Below, piece after piece: positions 10,826 through 20,000 of a stretch of 20,000 nucleotides of DNA. How positions within the stretch are numbered: the first letter of the stretch is position 1; every line of letters starts with the position of its first letter. The DNA is from Rotaria socialis (taxonomy: Eukaryota): NCBI GenBank assembly GCA_905331295.1, contig CAJNYD010000596.1:252825-272824 (forward strand). Direction: 5' to 3'. Position numbers and translations under genes: made by a program. The notes beneath the pieces are model-generated. The model searched no databases, was not told the DNA's origin, and saw only the letters and a program-made list of their open reading frames with translations.

Positions 10826-11956
10826 TTATTTTCGATTAAAACCTAATAAAAATTGTTTGTAAACTGGATTCGTTCGAATTTTAGTTAACAGATAATAATT
10901 TTTGGCATTCTGAATTCGGCTTCTCTGGCTACTCCAAAAGTCTTCATTAAATTGACAACTTGAACCTGCTGTTCTTTCAAAAATGGTAATGTGAGTGTGA
11001 ATTCGCACTGCATCATTTCCCTCTCTTCGCCAAGCAATTATGTATAAATTACTTCGAATTTTGCCATTGATTACATAACTCATTCCATCGTCATCATCGT
11101 TTGCTGATCCTTCCAATTGATTTTTTATTTTAATCTTGCCTTTGATTTTTTCAGGCCAATCATAAAACTCACTTTGAACATATTCGTCAATCGATTCCGG
11201 CGTATCCTTTATAAGTTTATTGGAATGACTGACTTTTTCTTCAAAACTCTGTTGACAGTTTCCGGAACTCGATTTCATATTGTTATACCATTCATAGTCT
11301 GCCTTATAATTTTCTTCATTCTTAACCCATTCATCGTACATGGTGGTCCCATAGTGCTGGACAGTGTTGCTGGATTCTAATTTCTCAGCATCTTTGTCTT
11401 TAGTGACAAATGATTCTTCTCCCTTTGAATGAATTATTATTTTGTTTTTCAAATATTCTCTTGTGTCTTGTTCATTTATTTCGATAGAACAATTCAACGT
11501 ATGTGCCAAAGCCCGGTTCGATTTATCAAGATATGGACATAAGTAATCACGCATTATTGTCTTGCGATAATGATAAATGAAATATACTATCATAATAATT
11601 GTGACAGAATATATCAGAATCTCTGCGATTCGCTGTAGAAACTTCTTCAGCAGCGACTTTTCACTTATCAAATAAATTGTATCACCATCATCAGTTGAAA
11701 AAATTAATTCGCTAATACTGATTGATTGCTCATCCGATTGTAGTACGCGATAGCCCTTGTTATCTAGGAAGTGGAACATCGACGATTGCTTAATCCGCAT
11801 CGATATCAGTTTGGCGCGAACATCCCATGCAGTTGATGAATCAGTCAGTCTGATACGCGCTTCTTTGCTTTTATCAACTTGAATTAGAATAGTGCGAAAG
11901 GTGTTAGCTTCTGTTATATTTTCCGCCTTTTCTTCTATGACATTAGCTGGTGCCAT
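10826..11956 (-). CDS. Intronless orphan single-pass membrane protein (~376 aa from MAPANV; open frame extends to 12055)
   Basis: 409-codon open frame in AT-rich DNA; first in-frame ATG at 11956. One hydrophobic segment IAEILIYSVTIIMIVYFIYHY follows a ~95-aa soluble N-terminal domain. No family recognised. Confidence 0.75.
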   Translation of the reverse strand: MAPANVIEEKAENITEANTFRTILIQVDKSKEARIRLTDSSTAWDVRAKLISMRIKQSSMFHFLDNKGYRVLQSDEQSISISELIFSTDDGDTIYLISEKSLLKKFLQRIAEILIYSVTIIMIVYFIYHYRKTIMRDYLCPYLDKSNRALAHTLNCSIEINEQDTREYLKNKIIIHSKGEESFVTKDKDAEKLESSNTVQHYGTTMYDEWVKNEENYKADYEWYNNMKSSSGNCQQSFEEKVSHSNKLIKDTPESIDEYVQSEFYDWPEKIKGKIKIKNQLEGSANDDDDGMSYVINGKIRSNLYIIAWRREGNDAVRIHTHITIFERTAGSSCQFNEDFWSSQRSRIQNAKNYYLLTKIRTNPVYKQFLLGFNRK

Positions 11957-12516
11957 ATCGAAAAATATAATATTAACAAAAGGTGCAGGTGTGTTGGTGT
12001 ATGTGGGCGTGAGTGTGAATGAGGAACAGAACCAGATTAATACCCACACCCTCAAGATTTTACTAAAGTGGATTGCAATAATTAGAAAGACTTGACAGAT
12101 ACCTTAATAACTTGCTGATGATATAAAATAAGGAAAAAAAAACGAAACAGCAACAACGGTAAAACGTATGATGACAGTGAATAATGCAAGAGTGATAATA
12201 TGAAACTGACAAGTGTAGGAAGAAAAGAAAATATTTCAAAGATAAAAGGCAGTCGCAAATATTTGCTTTTATTATTACTTTTATCAGAGAAGAAAAACAA
12301 GTTCGAATACAGCCAACAATGCTTTATGCAGTTCGTAGCAAACCAGAAACAAAGCTGCATGAAACGACAGCGCCAGGCGGCACTCGGCTGTAGATTATTC
12401 TTAGCCAACCATTGCAACGAAAAGGCTGTGGGCGTTGACATCCTTTTAAAGTAAGCCCACACCCTTGTTAAGGTTATGATATCGAAAAAGTAAAGGGCAC
12501 AAACCATGTCTAATAT

Positions 12517-12646
12517 CCCAATGAGAAGTTGTCAAATTATATGAGATTCGATGAGATTATCATCGAATTTTGATTTTAATACACAAAAATCCGATTGTAA
12601 TCTCGTATAACCTCATAGAATCTGACATTTTGCGTTGGAAAATGGA
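12517..12646. mobile_element. Small foldback/MITE-like element
   Basis: Left arm TGTCAAATTATATGAGATTCGATGAGATTATCATCGAATTTTG aligns with the reverse complement of the right arm, TGTCAGATTCTATGAGGTTATACGAGATTACAATCGGATTTTTG. Flanked by the direct repeat ATGTCTAATAT at 12506-12516 and 12647-12657. Confidence 0.65.
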
Positions 12647-13607
12647 ATGTCTAATATTTTCGGAGTATGATTCTACTGGAAAATGTTCGATTTTTTTTTA
12701 TCGGTCATATCTTAAAAATCATTTACAGATAGAACACAAGACAGAGGACGTAAGTAGACGCCGTAACCTGACGCTAAACTATTTGTAAATATTTGTTTAT
12801 TTTATCTCATTGGATTTGTTACGCTGTTTATCGATCGGATGTAACGTATTCACGTGTTTGAATATACGTTTTTGTTTTGTATGAGTTGCTCTTCTCTCTC
12901 AATCTCAGGTCGAAAGATCAAATTCAAAATCTTATCAGACCTTAACATACGATTGTTTGCCCTGGGAATATTGATATACAACATCCTCATATTCTCCCTT
13001 CTATTATTATTGTTTATATATTATTATATATATTGCACAATTATATTAATTGATAATAAAATCACTATTGAAATTATTCTTTTATATTTATTCTGATATC
13101 ACTCCGTTACAACAGGGTAAGCTGTTTTTATACGTGAACTCTCGTTCTCGCTTAATATGAGTGTCATCCCCTAATCTTCCGTATCATAGAAGCTACGTTA
13201 ATTTTAAGTAAAATTTAACGAGTTAAATAAAGATATAAAGTAGAGACCTCACAGAAATGATCACCAAATTCCAGTATCTCGACCGCCGATTCGCCTAGAA
13301 TTCAGTGGAATTTAAATTTCAACTATTGCTCGATTTTAATTGTTACTAGAATTTAATTATTGTGGAAGTCTCTCTTATAGGAATTAGCATACATTCAAGT
13401 AGATCTCTGATGGATTCCTGCAACCACAGAATACGATAACTATGCATAAGATAGTATTCTATAGTATGATGAACACTCTTACTATCTTCTTCCATCACTG
13501 TTATTAACTGCCATGTAGGCAAGCCGTACTGTGGACTGTTCGATAGGTTTTTTTCTCGACGAATTCACACATGCACTCGTTCTTTCAGATTCTTTATTTT
13601 ACACGAA

Positions 13608-14306
13608 ATGACTAGAGCTAGAGCGTTGATCTGGTATTGGTCTTTATCCATTTTACCATTCACTGCCATTGTCACATTCATCTTGACCTTGACTGTGTGC
13701 AGCAAAATTCTGAACAACATATCACCATTGGGAACGCATCCTCCAATATCTCTACTTGCCATTGGCCCTGCTTATTATTATTTTGTGTGTGGATTTATCC
13801 TTTTACTATCTCAATTTTTAATAATTGTTATTGGCCGAGTTCAATTTCTCTGTCAGTATCAATCTATTATTCGTTACGGCCTCATTTACGCCATTCATGC
13901 TGTAGCCTTCGTCTCGTGTGTGTTTTTTCTCATCATGACCGTTGTCAGTCATGACATTCATCCTTATCTTCATTTCATCGGTGCATTTGGGATGTTTATA
14001 TTAATTTCAGTGTATTGTATTTTTCACACCTTTGTCGTTTTCTATCTCTATGTACATCGATCGAAAGCTCCTGAACATTCGAATGTTATTTTGCCGTTAT
14101 GGTTTCTTGCTTGTACTGTTTTGCTTGTAATCTTTTTCGTCGTTTGGATCGAAACTCACCAGAGCATTCCGCAATATATTGCTGCTGGAATGCCTTTTCT
14201 CTATTTCGTGGGCTTTGTACCACAATTTTGGAAGCAAGCTACAATGGCGAAGCAAACTTATTGTGCACCTGGATCGATGCATGATCCAAGTGAAATAACT
14301 GTATGA
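13608..14306 (+). CDS. Frag1/DRAM/Sfk1 (TMEM150/DRAM-like) multi-pass membrane protein, intronless CDS
   Basis: 232 aa with about six hydrophobic helices. HPPISLLAIGPAYYYF follows TM1 (cf. the P.IS..G..PP motif) and HPYLHFIGAFGMF is present (cf. the H..GA..F motif). AATAAA at 14366-14371. Confidence 0.75.
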   Translation: MTRARALIWYWSLSILPFTAIVTFILTLTVCSKILNNISPLGTHPPISLLAIGPAYYYFVCGFILLLSQFLIIVIGRVQFLCQYQSIIRYGLIYAIHAVAFVSCVFFLIMTVVSHDIHPYLHFIGAFGMFILISVYCIFHTFVVFYLYVHRSKAPEHSNVILPLWFLACTVLLVIFFVVWIETHQSIPQYIAAGMPFLYFVGFVPQFWKQATMAKQTYCAPGSMHDPSEITV

Positions 14307-16386
14307 CCATTGGTTACCTTGTTTGTGTACATTGATCTTACTTTGTATATGAAAAATCATTTCTCAATAAACTTAATCACAGCCGAATAGAATCGTTCTT
14401 GAAATTTTATTATAAAGCAGCAAAAACTTTATCTAGATTGTGGTAGTAAGAGAAGAAATTGGCGTTCAATATACTTTAACTTGTACATCGTTCAGTTGCA
14501 TTTTTTTTTCTGTTTTGACATGCACTCTTCAGATTTCGGCTATTGTAGATTCAACTCATTTCAAAAAAACGTGGAGAAGTTTTCAAGCTGCAAAAACATC
14601 GGATAGTTGCAATCTTGTCCTGTATCTTACTGAGCAAGGAAGAAAAATCCTTTACTCCGTTTATTATTGATTATGTTGGAGGCGCAATTGATCTAATTGA
14701 TATGAACGAACGTGATCTCTTGTGTACCATGATACTTCGGAATGGAGCTCTACTTCCCTTATATAAAAATGGCGATGTCGTTAGATTCGGGTTACCATCT
14801 GTATCCTATGTGGCTCTTTCAACAGTGGCCATCCGAAAAATATTAATCCTAAAAAATATTATGGCAAATACGTGCGTATACGGATAGCTACTTATGCATC
14901 AGACCTGCGTATGTAAATAGGATGTTTTTTTGTGGATCCCATTCAAAAGACTAGAGCGTCAAATAGAATATGTTGCATAGTGCAACACGCATTCTACAAC
15001 CGATAGGCATAGAATTCCTACCTACTCCCAGCCTCATCTATGACGTAAATGTTCTTGTCTCACAATCCTAATTGATGATCGTTTATGCATTCGTGTTGTC
15101 ACTGCTGGACTGCAATAATGACTGAAATTCTTTATTGAATTCAACAGAACTGTATGTTTGAACAAATAATCAATGTTTATATCAGAACAAGAAGAAAGAA
15201 CTATTCGAATATAAGAAAAATCTTTCTAGAGAGTTCAGATAATAAAGTAAAGAAGGCTAAATTTGATTTCGAAGTCAAAATATGCCATTTTTTCGGCATA
15301 GGAATATCAACTATTCTGTTTTTTAATTTTTTTTTATAAATATATGCTTTGTGATTCTAAGAGTATCGTCAAATTTTGAGTTACAACAGCGTGGATTTTG
15401 GCCGAATAACAAAAATATGCCTGTGCGATAGCGATGCCAATATTACTGCGAATGATAATGCAACGGACATCTGATACTCATCATATGAGATTAATTAGTA
15501 CATGATAATTATGTTTCTCTTTCAGTACTTGTCTACATCATCTAATATGTGTTGCATCAAATTTTCATTTACATAGGTGTCACTGACGGAATGCGAGCAA
15601 CGAAAGCAATGAATATCATATCATACGCACAGGTAATTCTTTTATTTGAGATTAATTGAACTTCCCGGCTTCTTCATACTTATTATCAGAAAGAAATAAC
15701 GAATTCTGTTGAATTCTAGAATCCACTTCCTCTCTTACATTCACTGTCTGCGTATATTCATTGATCAAATTATCAGATGAGATAGTTTCATCCATTTTTA
15801 AATAAAGGTGAAAACTTGTTCTTGGTCAATGTCATTCTTCACATGTGATGATAATTAAAAAATTGACTACTTATGCTTCCGCTTGTATGTTCACTTATAT
15901 TGAATCGCTTGCACACAATAATCAGCATATCTCAAAATTTTATAAATTTTACTTTGCACATTATTTTAAATAATTTCTATCAATTGGTCTGCATATGTTT
16001 AAACTTTTATTATGATAATGAGTTACGGCATTATCGTTTATTATCAATTGTGCCTCAACTTCCCTATCTCCGTGATACAATTATTGATAAACTTGTATCA
16101 TTTTTTAGATCTACATCAATTGTCTACTTCGAATTTGATCATTATTAGCAACGCTTATTTTACATGATATACATATAGTTATGTTAAGCAAATTCTATGT
16201 CGAGCTCGTCATTTTCTTTGATATCATAATCAAATAACAAAAAATTATTTTGTTGCTTAATGTGAAATTAAATGTTTTGTAGTATTGAGAGTATGGTGTA
16301 GATCAGTATGTTTGAATATAGGGGTACGATTGATTAGACTTCCTTAGCTTGATAAGGAAGAATCAAAGTTTACTCTTCTAAACCGT

Positions 16387-17116
16387 TCAAAAGTTCTGCA
16401 GCTTCTCTTGTCGCAGTTTCGGGTGAACAGCCAAGTTCAATAAGCATTTTGACGAGTTCTGTTCGAAACCGAGCCATTGAAGTACAGTATTATAAAACGA
16501 CCGTGCATAAATAAGAGCTTTACATTTCCATGAATCCATTGGCATCGGTTCGGAAAGTGAATGTTTCTTAATAGCTTGAATCAAATTACACCTTGATTCT
16601 GTGTAATCGTCGAGAATATGATTAGGTCTTCTCCTGTTTGTCTTAAGGGTAGATGCACAAGCACAGTCGATAAATTCAAATTTCGATTGATTACGGACGA
16701 GATCTTTATTGTCATTCCACCGTGAATCGAGCGGACGATCGTTATCACATTTCGTTACTACCAACAAACAAGGCATTCGCTTTTCGCATGATTCGTCTAT
16801 AAATATACGGTAATTGACTTTGAATCGTTCACCAGTCAAATGTCCTTTTTCAGCACAAAAAATAATAAATCGATACCAGTTGGAATGGAATATGCAAGTC
16901 TAACTAATTGAATAAAAGCCTCAGCTGTTGAGACACTACCATCACCACTTTCTGAAAGACCAGGAGTATCATACATATTGAATTTCACATGAGGGCACTC
17001 TTCTAATATTCCCGAAACTTTTGTTCTTTCGGTTGTACATCCGACTGCTCTATTGTTACGTTTTCATCAAAAAATTGATTAATAAGAGTAATTTTACCGA
17101 TGCCGGATTCACCAAA
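16387..17116 (-). pseudogene. Disrupted P-loop GTPase (G-domain, AIG1/MMR_HSR1-like), copy A
   Basis: FGESGIGKITLINQ (G1; Ile at the S/T position after GK), frameshift near 17060, NRAVGCTTE (G2), MYDTPGLSE (G3), GIDLLFF, frameshift near 16850, GHLTGERFKVNYRIFIDESCEKRMPCLLVVTKCD (G4), then CACAST; stop at 16387-16389. Confidence 0.8.
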
Positions 17117-17623
17117 AGTTGATTTGAAAAAAAAACAGTTTGATATTTATTTGCATTTTGATTCAATAAATTACGGTATTTCATCATTTTTTTGTTCTAT
17201 CTCGCATACGTGTGATTTTATATTACCGAGTTAGATACGGCCGAAGCAAGCAAGGTTTTTTCCATTTCATCTTTGATGATCTCATACTTATTTGCATATT
17301 GTCTTGCATCATCTAAATATAGTTATTAGGATTCATTATACCTAACTTGAATAACATTCTTTCTAAAGGGTTTTTTCAAAATGATATCTCGAGGATATGC
17401 GTGTCAAGCAGAGATCTCAATGGCTGTGTGACTGTGAGTCTTCTGTTAATTCACATCCACATTGTGAAAATTTTACTTTTAAAGTTCTCATCAGTTCAGT
17501 TGAAGAAAAAGCATTTTTTTTACTCAATGTTTGTATGATAATAATGACTAGTTCCTATCGACTTGAGCTTTGTTTTCCTTATCTTTTCTTTCTAGTTTTA
17601 TTCCCAGTGATGTTGATTATGTG

Positions 17624-17642
17624 ATATATATATATATATATA
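17624..17642. repeat. (AT)n microsatellite
   Basis: ATATATATATATATATATA run, just upstream of a TTTTTATAG acceptor-like site at 17659. Confidence 0.9.
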
Positions 17643-17659
17643 AAACTTCGTTTTTATAG

Positions 17660-18401
17660 ACATTTAATTGCAGTGTTATTTCATTGGAGTAAAGGTAATG
17701 GCAGAGGCAAGCAAATAAACATGTGCCGCAAAGTGAAATTGTTAGAAATTACACTGATGAGTGTTATTCAGTTCGAGGTTCACTCAAAGACTATCCACAT
17801 ATTTCTTTGAGAATGATTGATACTGTTGTTTTTTATAAAAGTTTAGAAGGCACTGTACGATCCAATAAAGGAATGGAAATGTTAGAAAAACAATTAGATA
17901 GTCTATATGCAAAAGATGATATTCATTTTATTTTATTTTGCATTCGAAAAGATCGATAATCCATCCCAGCAAACAAGTCAGTATTATCATAGCATTGTTC
18001 ATGATTTGTGTGAAGATCACGTACCATGCATATTAGTAATTACTCGCTGTGAAGACGATTATCCTTTAGGTGCATGGTGGGAGGAAAATAAAGGCAGGTT
18101 ACTTGAAAAACTGCAATTCTATGTGAAAGATGCTGTAGCCGTGACAGCATTAAAAGATGAAGAGAGTCTAAATGACTATAATCAATCAAGAAAGAACCTG
18201 ATCGCAGCCATCCAAAAATATGCATTGAAAGATCCATGGCGTGCTAAAGAGTTTAAACAGAAATTAAGTTCCTTTTTTAGCAATAGAATTATTCATAGAC
18301 CGAATGTGTCACCGAGACAACCGGAACCATTATGGTATTTACAAAGACCAATGGGCGCACCTCCTTCTGCGAAACGAATCTGGTCATCATGGTTTTCTTA
18401 A
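17660..18401 (+). pseudogene. Disrupted paralogue of the same P-loop GTPase family, copy B
   Basis: LRMIDTVVF (degenerate DTxG), DIHFILFCIRKDR* (stop 17957-17959), then in another frame QQTSQYYHSIVHDLCEDHVPCILVITRCEDDYPLGAWWEENK..AVAVTA..DYNQSRKNLIAAIQKYALKDP. This aligns with copy A (DESCEKRMPCLLVVTKCDNDRPLDSRWNDNK..DYTESRCNLIQAIKKHSLSEP). No intact Walker A. AATAAA at 18444-18449. Confidence 0.75.
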
Positions 18402-18459
18402 GAATGAAATGATATCTATCGAGTTGTTTCGTATTTTGTTGACAATAAACTATCACATA

Positions 18460-18763
18460 TGTAAGGGTTTTATACAAGTTTATGATTGGTTTTCCATTTG
18501 TGACTTATCTGATGGTAAACCGAGTCTATTCGATATCTTGACGGTGTGAGTGTGCCACATAAGTGACTCAGGGTGAATGTGATTGTCGAACCCTAGGTGC
18601 ATGATGTGAAAGTGGTCGTAATGGCATAGATGGTTCATACCTACACCCTAGGTAATGCCTTAGTAGTTTATATAATAATATTATGTAAACAATGCTAGGT
18701 CAGTCACACGACAACAACATGGTACATAAGATTGATATTAGCGAAAAGATAAGATGTCTTACA
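18460..18763. mobile_element. Probable solo LTR (304 bp)
   Basis: Begins TGTAAG and ends CTTACA (perfect 6-bp inverted TG..CA termini). Flanks CATA / CGTA resemble a 4-bp TSD with one transition. Internal TATATATAA near 18669; visibly more G-rich than its surroundings. Confidence 0.55.
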
Positions 18764-20000
18764 CGTACTTTGTAAACATGGTGAGTGAGAAACAGGCCTA
18801 CATATGAAATTCGGCAACAGGCAAACACAAAATCACAATTGAATGTGAAGAAGTATGATCTATAATTCTACCTGTTTCTATATAATAAAACTAAAACACA
18901 TTAACGAACATACCTCTCCTTTCATCAACTAACTAGATTTCATATTATATCTTCGATGCCGACGCACACACAAGAGCAGTGAAATCATCAGCCACTACCG
19001 AATCATGATTTTACCAAAATATCATTCACATCCGCATCAATCACCACTGTATGTTAAATATGGATATTTACAAAGAAGAAATTTCACCATTTTAAATATT
19101 ACTAACATTACTGAGAGATTGGTGGAGATCTTTGAATACGACGGAATATCATTTAAAAGGTATTCATCGCAAAGTAGTTTATATATGTTATCTAAAGCGA
19201 TCTAGTCGATTAGAAAATAATTCGTCTTGCGTTTCAACTAATGAGTGACTGTTTGGATAAAATTGATCAAAAACAAAGTGAAATGACAACATCAAATGCA
19301 ACTTGCATTGATAAAACTTTTCAGTATGCTGTTCAAACATCCATCTAGCGATTTTTAAATACTCAATGTGAACAAGCGGAAATTTTTAAATATATATATT
19401 CTTGCTGGTTATAATTGGTATTTAAGAAAAATGTTAGCTGTTGAAACATTTCTTACACTCAAACCATTATCAAATATTGTTATCGAACGAACAGGGAAAA
19501 TTTTTTATTAAAAGTAAACCATTTTTTATGATAATCTATAAATAGCCAGATTAAAAATATTAATTTATTTAAAATTTTTCTAAATTTGTCTATAAAACTA
19601 AAGCACAATATTTTAAACCATGACTGACAGTAACTTTGCCTACTTTCTACGATAGTAAAATCGTTTAATTAATAGTGAAACCGGCGAATGATGAGATCGC
19701 GACAAATCTGATAATTATATCTAACAATGGAAGGTTGTGAACTGTTAAGCAGTAAAATTGACCTTGTTCCGGGGAAATGATCACTCTCATCGAGAAACTA
19801 ACGTATTTAAAAGATTAGCTACCCATGGTTTACCTGGACAGAGATATTCGATTTTTCAGTAAGCTTTCTCTGCAGGACCTTACTTTCGAAGCAAAATCAA
19901 ATTTTTGAATTTCGACCTGAAACTTTGTAAACATGAAAACCTCAATGAGACTAGTTCACAGAAAACATTTCAGCATTTTTCGACAAATCCTCTTCCAGAT

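Noticed and set aside
12082..12507. Overlapping 141-aa (-) and 84-aa (+) ORFs
   Set aside because: Low-complexity translations of A/T-rich upstream sequence with no domain signature.
15137..15716. 13-bp inverted repeat GAATTCAACAGAA / TTCTGTTGAATTC about 570 bp apart
   Set aside because: No TSD and no extension of the repeat, so the evidence is insufficient to call a transposon.
14440..16148. Short ORFs between the DRAM-like gene and GTPase A
   Set aside because: No motifs or coherent exon chain; likely non-coding or decayed repeats.
17190..17660. Possible upstream exons of both GTPase copies (e.g. MRVKQRSQWLCDCESS.. on +, YLDDARQYANKYEIIKDEMEK on -)
   Set aside because: They could not be joined into a consistent frame with the G domains.
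18960..20000. 66-aa ORF at 19005-19205 and repeat-like sequence near the right edge
   Set aside because: No recognisable protein, TIR or TSD within the window.
1..20000. Prokaryotic systems, CRISPR arrays, tRNA or rRNA genes
   Set aside because: Spliceosomal introns indicate eukaryotic DNA; no regularly spaced repeats or RNA-gene signatures were seen.

Overview
AT-rich eukaryotic DNA with many short (~50-65 nt) GT-AG introns; this style suggests a small invertebrate such as a bdelloid rotifer (inference, not proven). The left half holds two intron-rich minus-strand genes: a C7orf31/SPMIP4 (DUF4555)-like microtubule inner protein gene, cut by the left edge and preceded by an X-box-like motif, and a complete ACAP/centaurin-beta gene (BAR-PH-ArfGAP-ankyrin). 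The right half looks accessory. It holds an internally deleted hAT transposon (TIRs, 8-bp TSD, transposase remnant), an intronless orphan single-pass membrane protein, a small foldback element, an intronless Frag1/DRAM/Sfk1-like gene, a head-to-head pair of disrupted P-loop GTPase paralogues and a probable solo LTR. Family assignments rest on motif recognition from memory; no searches were run.
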